Shown here in pieces: positions 9,602-18,971 of a stretch of 64,000 nucleotides of DNA (position 1 is its first letter; each line of letters opens with the position of its first letter). Where the stretch lies: NCBI GenBank assembly GCA_041483895.1, contig JBGPGO010000012.1:1-64000 (forward strand). Direction: 5' to 3'. Below the pieces are notes generated by a model. That model was not told the origin of the DNA. It did no database searches and saw only the letters and a list, made by a program, of their open reading frames with translations. Both the position numbers and the translations under genes were made by a program. The stretch is from Fimbriimonadia bacterium. Lineage in GTDB: Bacteria; Armatimonadota; Fimbriimonadia; Fimbriimonadales; JABRVX01.

Positions 9602-9932
9602 GATAGTCCACAATCTCCTGTATCCCTACCTTCGTAATTCTCGTCCAATCCAGGCCCCCGTCATCCTTCTTGGGCAGCGGATCGTCGACGGATTTGAGGA
9701 TCATCCGCTTTGGATGTCTGACGTCAACGGCGATCTGCCCTTTTCGGTTGCCTGTCAGTTCGTGACAGCGAGCCTGAGGAAGAGACCGCAACATCTCTAG
9801 ATCGTCCGCCGCAACAAGTTGATCAAGTCGTCGCCGGATTAGGTTGGCCATCTCCGGTCCAAATCGCTTGGCGCACCGATTGTCGTCATTGCAATCCCTC
9901 GCCAATTTGCTCGTCCTGAATGTGATTTCCAT
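9594..9932 (-). CDS. higB: HigB/RelE-like plasmid-maintenance killer toxin
   Basis: CHELTGNRKGQ motif and C-terminal IVDYH; overlaps the antitoxin start. Confidence 0.88.
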   Translation of the reverse strand: MEITFRTSKLARDCNDDNRCAKRFGPEMANLIRRRLDQLVAADDLEMLRSLPQARCHELTGNRKGQIAVDVRHPKRMILKSVDDPLPKKDDGGLDWTRITKVGIQEIVDYHG

Positions 9933-10012
9933 TTTGTTAACGGAAAAGGTTATAATTATTATACCACGTCAAGTATGAGAGTCCTACGAAGACAAGAGCC
10001 ATAATGTGACTT

Positions 10013-11056
10013 ATGGTAGAACGCCTTCCGCAGAACCCCCTGATCAAGCCCGCCGATGTGCAGCCGTCACGACCGGACTTTGAGGTCATTGGAGCTTTCA
10101 ATGCCGGGGTCGCGCGAGTTGGGGAGGAGACTGTGCTGCTGCTGCGAGTGGCCGAGCGGCCCAGGGAGCGGGACGCAAACTATGCCGTGGCGCCCATCTG
10201 GAACGCGGAGCGGGGGGAGATCGACTTCTTCACGGTCCGGCGGGGCGACCCGGACCTGGTGGAAGAGGACGTTCGTGTTTTTCGGTATCGGGGTGATTTT
10301 TATCTGACCAGCATCTCCCATCTGCGGCTTGCCCGGTCGAAGGACGGAGTCCAGTTTGCGATTGACGAGAAGCCTGCCCTCGCGCCGCTCGCTAAGACCG
10401 AGGCATTTGGGCTGGAGGACCCGCGCATCACCCTGATCGGCCAGGACTATTGGATCACCTATAAGGCTGTAAGCAACCACGGAATCACCACCGCGCTGGC
10501 CTCCACGCGCGACTTCGTAAGCTACGAGCGGCACGGCATCATCTTCTGCCCGGAGAACCTGGACGTGGTGATCTTTCCGGAGAAGATTGGCGGGCAGTAC
10601 GCGGCGTGGACGCGGCCGGTAGGCAAGCACCTGGGCTCGCCGTCCATCTGGCTGGCGCGCAGCCCGGACCTGCTGCACTGGGGGGCGCACGAGCCGGTGC
10701 TGACGCCGCGGCCCGGCCTATGGGACGGCGCGCGAGTTGGGTCGAGCTGTGTCCCGTTCAAGACCGAGCGCGGGTGGGTCGAGATCTATCACGGCGCGGA
10801 CGAGGCTAACCGGTATTGTTGCGGGGTGGCGCTGATCGACCTCGACGACCCATCGCGGGTGCTTGCGCGCTCCGACCGACCGTTGATGCAGCCGGAAGCG
10901 CCGTACGAGGTAGAGGGTTTCTTTGGCGGCGTGGTATTTGCCTGCGGTGCGGATATGCGGCCGGATGGGCAGGTGTTCATCTATTACGGCGCTTCTGACG
11001 AGACGACGTGCGCCGCCGCGACGACGGTGGATGAACTGCTAACACACGTCGAATAA
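10013..11056 (+). CDS. GH130 glycosidase / mannoside phosphorylase
   Basis: FNAG, EDPRIT, IYHG and YYGASD motifs. Confidence 0.9.
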   Translation: MVERLPQNPLIKPADVQPSRPDFEVIGAFNAGVARVGEETVLLLRVAERPRERDANYAVAPIWNAERGEIDFFTVRRGDPDLVEEDVRVFRYRGDFYLTSISHLRLARSKDGVQFAIDEKPALAPLAKTEAFGLEDPRITLIGQDYWITYKAVSNHGITTALASTRDFVSYERHGIIFCPENLDVVIFPEKIGGQYAAWTRPVGKHLGSPSIWLARSPDLLHWGAHEPVLTPRPGLWDGARVGSSCVPFKTERGWVEIYHGADEANRYCCGVALIDLDDPSRVLARSDRPLMQPEAPYEVEGFFGGVVFACGADMRPDGQVFIYYGASDETTCAAATTVDELLTHVE

Positions 11057-11107
11057 CCGGTTTTGGCTGCCGGTCGGCTCCACTGGGGGCAGGCCATGCG
11101 TATCTGC

Positions 11108-11217
11108 CCAGGAACGAGACTCACCCCTCGAACGGCAAACCCCGGTACGGTTGCCGTGGTGTAGGCAGGCAGTTTGAACCGAAAACGGGGCTAGGGGCGG
11201 AGTCTCTCTGATCCTGG
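11108..11217. ncRNA. candidate structured RNA or miniature element (long nested hairpin)
   Basis: Five nested stems visible; no family recognised. Confidence 0.35.
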
Positions 11218-11225
11218 AGGTATCT

Positions 11226-12236
11226 ATGCTGAAGCGTTGGATGGTTCTTTTGGCGTTTGGATGCGTGTTGGCGGGCTGGGCGGTCCCCGATCTCGGACAT
11301 CCCAGAGCGGTGGGAGCAATCCCGAAGCTGTACCCGGACACGGTCAACCCGCGCATCTTCTACTATCCGCCTGAACCCCTGACCCTTGTCAAAGATTTGG
11401 ATCTGGCGCCGGCCGTATCATTCCTCCAGATCATGCGTCCCGCCACTGTCGGCGCCACTGCGGACCCCGTCGCCCGAACCGGCCGCTCGCTCATCACCCT
11501 GCACGTCCAGATGCCGAGCCCAAAGGGACGGGAGATCGGCGATGCGACGAAGCTCTTGCCTCCTGGTTCCCAAATCCGGCCCATGCCGTTCCTCCATACA
11601 AAGGCAACTCTTTCCTGGGCGGGAAGTGGCGGAGCGCCACTCGAGCTGGGGCAGGCCCGATTCGAGCGTCCTGACCCACAGCGACCGCTGCCCAGAATAA
11701 TCGACAGTTGGTCGGATCGCGTTGTCGTGTGCGATCTAGAACCCATCGCGGCACAGGAGCTTTGGCGCGGTATCCAGGACGGGGCCGTTTCTCTTACGCT
11801 GACCTATTCGATACTTGTGCAAGCGATAGCAACTGGAGAATCGACACCCCAACCGGTGGCGATATTGACTGGCGGACTAACGACAGTGCTCGATGCCGCG
11901 CAGTGGCCGACGCATTTCCGCCGGGTTGAAAAGACCATCCCCGACCGGTTCCCGGCCCTGGCAATCCGTTGCGATAAGATGAAACCGGACGTTATCGAAT
12001 TGAAGGTCGAGGTCGAGGTGCAGATGCCGGGCGGGAAAACCTTATCGGCGTCCATAATATTCGATCCGAGGCTGCCGTCCCAAAATACTGCTGCCTTCAC
12101 GTTCGAAGCGTCGATCCCACTCGATACACCGTTCAAGACCCGAACGATTGAGGTTATGAAAGACGGAAAGCGCGTCCTGGGTGAGTGGACGGAGCGGACC
12201 GACTGGTTCCAACCCATCGATATAAGCTTTCGATAG
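11226..12236 (+). CDS. exported hypothetical protein
   Basis: GGAGG RBS, signal peptide, 336 aa. Confidence 0.7.
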   Translation: MLKRWMVLLAFGCVLAGWAVPDLGHPRAVGAIPKLYPDTVNPRIFYYPPEPLTLVKDLDLAPAVSFLQIMRPATVGATADPVARTGRSLITLHVQMPSPKGREIGDATKLLPPGSQIRPMPFLHTKATLSWAGSGGAPLELGQARFERPDPQRPLPRIIDSWSDRVVVCDLEPIAAQELWRGIQDGAVSLTLTYSILVQAIATGESTPQPVAILTGGLTTVLDAAQWPTHFRRVEKTIPDRFPALAIRCDKMKPDVIELKVEVEVQMPGGKTLSASIIFDPRLPSQNTAAFTFEASIPLDTPFKTRTIEVMKDGKRVLGEWTERTDWFQPIDISFR

Positions 12237-13258
12237 TCATGCGTCGCGGCGACGCCAATGAACGAATCCGCCGTGCCGTAGTAGAGCAGCCAGCCGCCGT
12301 GGAAATGCGCGAGGCCCTCAATGAAGACGGTGCCCGCGGTGTATTGGCCGGTCTTTTCATAGTCTCGTTCCGGCTTCAGGAACGGCTTATCGGTTCTTTG
12401 CAGGAGCTTTGCCGGATTTTTGGCGTCAAAGAGCGCCTGGCCTGCCGCGTAGGTATCGGCGGGCAGATCGGGATCGCCGCCTTTGCCCGAGTTCTTTCCG
12501 TTATAGAGCAGCAGAACGCCGTTGGGCGTGATGATCGCGGGCGGTCCGGGTTCGGTAAGGGTGCTGTCGAACTTCCCTGGACGCGGGGAGATCGGGTGAA
12601 CGTTGGGAATGGTCTTCCAATGGACCAGGTCCGGTGACGTAGCGATGCTGACCGAAGTGTCGCCCCAATACATCCAGTACTTGCCCCTAACTTTCGTCGC
12701 GATCAGATGATCCCCGTTGCGATGGCAGACGATCGAGCCGGATTTCGACCATGTCGAAACCTTGAACGCTGGACCGTATTTCGTCCAATGGACCAGATCG
12801 CGTGATGTGGCCACCGCTAGGCGCGCTACTTTGCGATTCCATTGTGTGTAGGTCATTACGTAGCGGCCATCCGAAGTTTCAACGACGCGGGGATCTTCGC
12901 ATCCGCCCGTCCATTCATTGGTTTTTTGACGATCAGCCTTCGGAAATAGAACTGGTTTCGGATTCTTCGTAAAATGTATTCCGTCCTTGCTTGTCGCGAG
13001 GCCGATGCGAGAGGTGTGCATGCCGATGCCTTTTCCGGAAGCATCTTCGGCCCGATAGAGCAGAAAGACGATGCCTTTTCGAACGACCGCGGCGGGATTG
13101 AAGACATGATCTTCTTCCCACTTGACCGTTTCCTTCCGCATCGGGCAATCGAAGACTTGGCCCGTATCCGGTTTTAGGATGGCCTCATTCGTCGGCCGAT
13201 CGAACGGTCCGAGCAGCCAGGTTGCCGGGACGAGAGCGAAAAGGATGGCGATTTGCAT
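11804..13258 (-). CDS. exported GH130 glycosidase (homology ends near 12240; ORF reads on)
   Basis: FNPAA, CEDPRV, EPGPP and YYGTAD motifs. Confidence 0.88.
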   Translation of the reverse strand: MQIAILFALVPATWLLGPFDRPTNEAILKPDTGQVFDCPMRKETVKWEEDHVFNPAAVVRKGIVFLLYRAEDASGKGIGMHTSRIGLATSKDGIHFTKNPKPVLFPKADRQKTNEWTGGCEDPRVVETSDGRYVMTYTQWNRKVARLAVATSRDLVHWTKYGPAFKVSTWSKSGSIVCHRNGDHLIATKVRGKYWMYWGDTSVSIATSPDLVHWKTIPNVHPISPRPGKFDSTLTEPGPPAIITPNGVLLLYNGKNSGKGGDPDLPADTYAAGQALFDAKNPAKLLQRTDKPFLKPERDYEKTGQYTAGTVFIEGLAHFHGGWLLYYGTADSFIGVAATHDYRKLISMGWNQSVRSVHSPRTRFPSFITSIVRVLNGVSSGIDASNVKAAVFWDGSLGSNIMDADKVFPPGICTSTSTFNSITSGFILSQRIARAGNRSGMVFSTRRKCVGHCAASSTVVSPPVNIATGWGVDSPVAIACTSIE

Positions 13259-13264
13259 GCGACC

Positions 13265-13272
13265 AGTATACT
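13265..13272. promoter_or_regulatory. palindromic bidirectional -10 element AGTATACT
   Basis: TATACT on both strands, 6 and 7 nt before divergent ATGs at 13258 and 13280. Confidence 0.6.
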
Positions 13273-13279
13273 GGGGGAG

Positions 13280-14293
13280 ATGATCGCATTTCTCATGGCG
13301 CTCGTGATGGCCGGGCCGGTATCGCTGTCGGCGGAGGGCAAGCAGCCCGTGATTGCCTGCGGCCAGGGAGGCCGTTTGGCGGTGGCGTACGGCGTCGGCG
13401 AAACCGTTTTTTGCCGCGTCTCCGGTGATGGCGGGCGGTCGTTCGATGCCGAGGTCCGCGTGGGTTCGGTTCCGAAGCTGATGCTTGGTATGAGGCGGGG
13501 TCCGCAGATTGCCATTGGTGCGAATGGGATTGTCGTGACCGCGGTCGGAAAAGAGGGCGACCTGCTGGCTTGGCGATCGGCGAATGGCAAGTCGTGGCAG
13601 GGGCCGACCGCGATCAATGACACGCCGCGATCGGCGGAAGAGGGCCTCACAGATATTTGCGCGGCATTGAACGGAACCTTTTGGGCAGTTTGGCTCGATG
13701 ATCGATCCAAGCGGAAGGAGATCTATGCCGCGCGGTCAATGGATGGCGGGAAAACTTGGCAGCCCAATCAACTCGTGTATGCGTCCCCAGGCGGGAGTGT
13801 TTGCGAGTGCTGCAAACCATCCATTGTTCCCAGGCCCGACGGCGTTAATATCATGTTCCGCAACTCCATCAACGGCTATCGAGATATGTATCTCTGTCGG
13901 CTGGCAGACGGCAAGGTTGGCCCGTCGTCGAAGTTGGGCGACGGAACATGGAAGCTCGGCGCGTGCCCGATGGACGGCGGTGGAATCGCTTGCGACAGCC
14001 GGGGCAAGGCGACAACGGTTTGGCGGCGGGAAGGCATAGTGTATGTCGCGGAACCGGATAAGGCGGAGTGGCGGCTGGGGGACGGCAGTCAGGCCGTCGT
14101 ATGCGCCACGCCTGCCGGTCCGTGCATTCTCTGGCAACAGGGATCGGATATCTCCGGAAGGATGCCGGACGGGACGATTCGCTCCTACGGCCCCGGCTCC
14201 TGGTCACGGATTTGCGGTATGGACGGCGCGGTCTTCGCGGTCTGGGAAGCGGCGAGTGGTGTTGCGTTTTCCGTCATTCGGATGGAGAAGTAA
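13280..14293 (+). CDS. BNR/Asp-box sialidase-like exported protein
   Basis: SxDGGxxF/W boxes, CECC and CPMDGG motifs. Confidence 0.75.
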   Translation: MIAFLMALVMAGPVSLSAEGKQPVIACGQGGRLAVAYGVGETVFCRVSGDGGRSFDAEVRVGSVPKLMLGMRRGPQIAIGANGIVVTAVGKEGDLLAWRSANGKSWQGPTAINDTPRSAEEGLTDICAALNGTFWAVWLDDRSKRKEIYAARSMDGGKTWQPNQLVYASPGGSVCECCKPSIVPRPDGVNIMFRNSINGYRDMYLCRLADGKVGPSSKLGDGTWKLGACPMDGGGIACDSRGKATTVWRREGIVYVAEPDKAEWRLGDGSQAVVCATPAGPCILWQQGSDISGRMPDGTIRSYGPGSWSRICGMDGAVFAVWEAASGVAFSVIRMEK

Positions 14294-14308
14294 TCGCAAA
14301 AAAACGAA

Positions 14309-14333
14309 ATGCCCCGGTTTTGGGCCGGGGCAT
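14309..14333 (-). terminator. rho-independent terminator
   Basis: ATGCCCCGG/CCGGGGCAT stem with adjacent A-run. Confidence 0.65.
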
Positions 14334-14342
14334 GAATCGTTG

Positions 14343-15560
14343 CTACGGAACGCAGCGAACGAGCGCCTGCAGCGCTTTGGGAATGATCGGCTTTTTCGGA
14401 CCATGCGGTGGAGGCGTGCATCCCACCAACGCAAAGTTGATAAATACTGCGTTGAGGTCGTCTATCGAAACCATGTCGTCGCCGGTCACATCGCCCGAGA
14501 TAAGGGAGAAGTCCCAGCACATCATGGAGAACGGAATTGGACGAATATTCTTCACGCATTGTCCCGTATAGCCTTTGAATCCATAGAGATAAATGTCATA
14601 TATGCCGGCGGTCGCACAATCGAACGGGATTGTGAACCACCCCGGTCCCGCGGGATCATCGCGCGTGGTAACACGCACAATTTCCTCTGAGAAAAAGGAG
14701 AGGTTCGCGTCGGTAATCTGCAGTTTTATGTAATTGTCGGGGAACTCCAGCAAGGGTCCTGGTCCTCCATAGTCACCTGTGAGATGGCCTATGAAGCTAA
14801 ACCATCCGCGGATACCGACACAGAAGTTGGCTATCGGCCGGCCGCCGAACCAAAGGCAGGTTGTAGACATGAAGAACCCGTTGGCGCTATCCCCAGGCGA
14901 AGACTGATAGCCGCGGGTCAGCCCGTTGGCGTCGGCTGGGTACAGGTTGCGAAGAAGTGAGATCGGATGCCCGACCACGAGGCCTTGCGCGCTTCCCTCC
15001 GCAATGAGCATTCCCGCGAGGGGACCGCCCGGGAGAGGTGATAGCTGCGTGCAGATCGAGATATCCGAGCACCTGGTAGCGCACGGAGCGGCGGCAAAGC
15101 TGACGGTCGTGATCACAAGGCCACTTGGGATCGTCACGGAGCCTGCGCACAACTGCGCCCCAACAGGCTGACATGGTATTTCATAGATGTCCGTGGGCAT
15201 GGTCGGATAATCGAAAACGGCCCAAGACAGGACTGCGCCCGGTCCGCCGGGCTGAAAGGTGTAGAAGGTTAGACTGCTGATCAACGCCGGCCCGCCAAGC
15301 GGGTAAGAATCCCAGGCCTGACCCTGTGTGGGGAAGTAGTACTGGGACGGGACCGTCTGATCGTAAATGGGAACAGGCGGGCATGGCGCAAAGGCCGTGG
15401 TTCCCGTTCCAGCGGGCAGCTTCGATACGCTTCCGTCGGCGTTGACGATAACCTCGATGTGCATGACGGGGGTGCCGGATGGGATGCTAGACTGGGCGAA
15501 GGTCGTGGCGGCTATTAATCCCGCCAGGATCCCTAGTAAGATTGCTCGAAGACAAAACAT
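14343..15560 (-). CDS. secreted Cys-rich protein with C-terminal dockerin-like motif
   Basis: Signal peptide; GDVTGDDMVSIDDLNAVFINF. Confidence 0.7.
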   Translation of the reverse strand: MFCLRAILLGILAGLIAATTFAQSSIPSGTPVMHIEVIVNADGSVSKLPAGTGTTAFAPCPPVPIYDQTVPSQYYFPTQGQAWDSYPLGGPALISSLTFYTFQPGGPGAVLSWAVFDYPTMPTDIYEIPCQPVGAQLCAGSVTIPSGLVITTVSFAAAPCATRCSDISICTQLSPLPGGPLAGMLIAEGSAQGLVVGHPISLLRNLYPADANGLTRGYQSSPGDSANGFFMSTTCLWFGGRPIANFCVGIRGWFSFIGHLTGDYGGPGPLLEFPDNYIKLQITDANLSFFSEEIVRVTTRDDPAGPGWFTIPFDCATAGIYDIYLYGFKGYTGQCVKNIRPIPFSMMCWDFSLISGDVTGDDMVSIDDLNAVFINFALVGCTPPPHGPKKPIIPKALQALVRCVP

Positions 15561-15896
15561 TGGAAGGGCTCCTTTTCCTCTCCCGTTTCGGGAGGATTGT
15601 TTGTCCCGATAGGACTACCAGGATTGTAACACGGGTTTTTCCAATTGCCAAGAGCAAACGGCCAGTAATCGGGACCAATTGAAATTGCATAGACCTTGCC
15701 CTCGACCAAGTTGCTCCTCCCGCGCCTGCTGATCGGCGCCAGTCAAAGGGTTCGCCACCAGCGCCGTCATGCGTCAATCCGACTCCGTACGAGTGGCCTA
15801 GGAAACAATTCTGTGATAAACTGATTCAATTCGGCCCCTCTCTGTTCTGCGAGGGGTGATCGCTTTGCGTACTTGATTTTCGAAGGAGAGTGTTCA

Positions 15897-18800
15897 GTGG
15901 TTGCAATCCCTAAGTGCCCGTTTGGTTTCTCCCGCGCCTATGCGCTGTTTGCCGTCGTCGCCATGTTGGCGCTTGCACCGGTAGGCGTTGGACAGCCTTT
16001 TACCGGGCGGGGAAATAAAGTACCCAGCCAACTCAACGTGCCAGTTGGCCTGTCCAGTGCAAATGCGATTGCCGTGATGGCATGGAGCTCTCGCGACCTA
16101 GTCACGCTCGATGACCCTCCGACCGCGAACATTACTTCTCCAACGGAAGGGCAGTGCTTTCTTGAGGGCGCCGATGTAACGGTTTCTTATTCGGTGGCGG
16201 ACGACTCTCCGGGCGATCTGTCTTCCTGCCAGGTATTTCTGGATGGAGGCCTCGTGGACACTCAGAGCCCATGTCCGCAAGGAGACCATTCGTTCGGACC
16301 ATTTTCACCTGCAAACGGCCATCATACTGTCCAGATTTTCGTTACCGATGCCGCAGGGAACAACGGATCGTCGGCTGTCGTTCACTTCACTCTCGACTCG
16401 ACGAAACCCACCGCCACCATTAATTCCCCGAAGAACAGCGACTGCCTACCGGACTCCGGCGTGACCATTGACTACAAGGTCGCAGACAATCTCACGGGCG
16501 ATTTGGCGAAGTGCGAGGTCCTGATCGACACGGTCGTCGTGGACACGATGGCCCCTTGCCCGCAAGGGAATCATACTTCCGGACCCCACACGCTTACGGA
16601 CGGTACTCATAAAGTGCAGATACGGGTGACCGATGCCTGTGGCAACGTGGGTACCTCTGCTCTCATCGTCTTCACGGTGGACACCACTGCGCCAACGGCC
16701 TCGATCAACTCGCCCAAGGAAGGCGACTGTGTCTTCGTTTCCGAGGACGATGACGATGATCTTATCATTTTCTACACGGTTGCGGACAACCTGCCGGGCA
16801 GTCTGAAGAAGTGCGAGATATTGATCGATGGGTTCGTCGTCTTTGTAGACTCATCGTGCCCGCAGGGGCTTCACGACAATGGCGGCTTTTTCCCCTTGGA
16901 CGGGCCGCACACCGTCCAGATACGCGTCACGGACAATTGTGACAATGTCGGTATGTCAGCTCTTGTTAACTTTACTGTGGACTCCACACCGCCAACGGTC
17001 TTCATCACAGCCCCCAGGCAGAACGACTGTGTCGGCGGTCCCGTAACGATTAAGTTCAACGTCACAGACACTCCGCTGACCGATCTCAAGAACTGCGAAA
17101 TTCGGATCGATGGTGTCGTAAAGGACACGTTTGCCCCTTGCGCGCAAGGGGATCACACGGCTGGTCCATATACACTACCCGACGGTCCTCACAACGTGAG
17201 GGTGACGGCGATGGACAACTGCGACAACATCGGGTTCTCCGATACCATCCAATTCACCGTGGACGCGACCGCCCCGACCGCCACGATCACTTCGCCCAAG
17301 GAGGGCGACTGTTCGAAGAATTCAAGCCTGAGCGTTTCTTACACGGTCGATGACAACATCCACGACGACCTGAATAGGTGTGAGGTCCTTGTTGATGGGG
17401 TCGTGAAGACGACTCAGTCTCCGTGTTCCCGGGGGTTTCACACATCAGGCCCGTACACTCTGGCAGACGGGCTCCACACCTTCCAGATTCGGGTGAGGGA
17501 TGACTGCGGCAACGTTGGGACCTCGACCATCATTAACTTCAAGGTCGATACGGCAAAACCGACCGTCTCGATCACTTCCCCCACCGAGGGCGCGTGCATG
17601 GACGGTACCAACGCGATGATCTCCTACGCCGCTGCGGACAACCTGCCCGGCGACCTCCAGAAGTGCGAAATAACGATCGACGGAACGTTGAAGGAGACAA
17701 AATCGCCTTGCCCTCAGGGCGATGAGATCGCCGGTCCGTTCAGCTTGACAGATGGCCCTCATACGGTCCAAATCCGTGTTACGGATGACTGCGGCAACGT
17801 GGGCCAATCGGTGCTCGTTCACTTCACTGTGGATAACAGCCCGCCCACATGTTCGATACAGTTCCCGAAGAATGGCGATACGATCGCCGGCCCGGTGACG
17901 GTCAAATTTACGATCGGCGACAACGTGCCTGGAAATATTTCTTGGAGCATACTGGCCGATGGCGGAGTCGTTGAACATAATGAAGACTCGCCGCAGGGCC
18001 CGCAAACAAGCACCCCGATATTCCTGCCCCTCGGCCCGCATCAGATTTCGGTCGTGGTTCACGACGCGTGCGGAAACGAGACCACCTGCGGACCGCTGAC
18101 CGTGACAATCTCCGACGGAGGATGCGTGGGGACGCTGCTCCCGAATCTGATCGTTGGGCCTTCAGCAGCCAAGGATCCGTTCAGCGGCGGTCCGGTGAGA
18201 GTGTTCCGGCCCGCGACGCTGAATATCGACACCCTGACACTGCGCGACGTTTTGATCGGAAATAACGTGACAATCGATCAGAACCTGATCGTGCAAGACG
18301 TGCGCGTTTCGAAGTTGACTTCGGCTCTCAAGTGCACGGTATTCGGGTCTGGACCTGGGTCCGGTTACAACACAAACTTTAATAGCGGCTTAGTGGCGGC
18401 CTCCAGCGCGAGTCTCGACGTATCCGTTTGCCTCATCGCCCTGCATCGTGCGATTGATGAGCGATGCCTTGGCGATCGCTGCCTGTTGTTCTCGCCGCCT
18501 TGCACGACGTATACGCTGAGCGTTGTGTACGTCGTGCGGGACCCGAAGACGGGCCGGACCGGTTCGCCGATCACTTCGTCCTTGTCATGGGTGATCAAGA
18601 ATCCGACGCGGCAGGATATTCGGGACAATATCGAGTACTTCGGCACGGTTGCCGCGGGATTCACCCAGAAGTGCAAGATCGACGATAGCGTGATGGAGGC
18701 GTTGAACGCTGCGCTGGACAACCCGAACGACCTCGAGGCATTGTTGGAGTTTGAGACGGTCATCGCGTTCGCGGCAACGGACTTCCAGACACTGCGGGAC

Positions 18801-18920
18801 GCGAAAGACGCCAAGGGTAACTTCGACGCCCGCCTGCTCCACGATTACCTCATCGATTCCGATGAGGAGCCGATTGGGTGTTTGCTGATCGAAATGGCCA
18901 ACTTCGCTTTGTGGAACTAA
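15897..18920 (+). CDS. large secreted protein with seven Cys-containing bacterial Ig-like repeats
   Basis: About 95-aa repeats TVDxxxPT..SP..G..H.VQI.VTD.CGN; AAGGAG RBS before GTG 15897. Confidence 0.85.
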   Translation: MVAIPKCPFGFSRAYALFAVVAMLALAPVGVGQPFTGRGNKVPSQLNVPVGLSSANAIAVMAWSSRDLVTLDDPPTANITSPTEGQCFLEGADVTVSYSVADDSPGDLSSCQVFLDGGLVDTQSPCPQGDHSFGPFSPANGHHTVQIFVTDAAGNNGSSAVVHFTLDSTKPTATINSPKNSDCLPDSGVTIDYKVADNLTGDLAKCEVLIDTVVVDTMAPCPQGNHTSGPHTLTDGTHKVQIRVTDACGNVGTSALIVFTVDTTAPTASINSPKEGDCVFVSEDDDDDLIIFYTVADNLPGSLKKCEILIDGFVVFVDSSCPQGLHDNGGFFPLDGPHTVQIRVTDNCDNVGMSALVNFTVDSTPPTVFITAPRQNDCVGGPVTIKFNVTDTPLTDLKNCEIRIDGVVKDTFAPCAQGDHTAGPYTLPDGPHNVRVTAMDNCDNIGFSDTIQFTVDATAPTATITSPKEGDCSKNSSLSVSYTVDDNIHDDLNRCEVLVDGVVKTTQSPCSRGFHTSGPYTLADGLHTFQIRVRDDCGNVGTSTIINFKVDTAKPTVSITSPTEGACMDGTNAMISYAAADNLPGDLQKCEITIDGTLKETKSPCPQGDEIAGPFSLTDGPHTVQIRVTDDCGNVGQSVLVHFTVDNSPPTCSIQFPKNGDTIAGPVTVKFTIGDNVPGNISWSILADGGVVEHNEDSPQGPQTSTPIFLPLGPHQISVVVHDACGNETTCGPLTVTISDGGCVGTLLPNLIVGPSAAKDPFSGGPVRVFRPATLNIDTLTLRDVLIGNNVTIDQNLIVQDVRVSKLTSALKCTVFGSGPGSGYNTNFNSGLVAASSASLDVSVCLIALHRAIDERCLGDRCLLFSPPCTTYTLSVVYVVRDPKTGRTGSPITSSLSWVIKNPTRQDIRDNIEYFGTVAAGFTQKCKIDDSVMEALNAALDNPNDLEALLEFETVIAFAATDFQTLRDAKDAKGNFDARLLHDYLIDSDEEPIGCLLIEMANFALWN

Positions 18921-18928
18921 TCGGTCTC

Positions 18929-18961
18929 CTATCCCTTGACGTTTAGAGCGTCAAGGGATAG
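18929..18961. terminator. hairpin between convergent genes
   Basis: CTATCCCTTGACG/CGTCAAGGGATAG, 13-bp stem. Confidence 0.7.
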
Positions 18962-18971
18962 TTAGACATCG

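Noticed and set aside
11133..11156. c-di-GMP-I riboswitch suggested by GGCAAAC
   Set aside because: Lacks the GNRA-capped P2 and the following GCAAAG segment.
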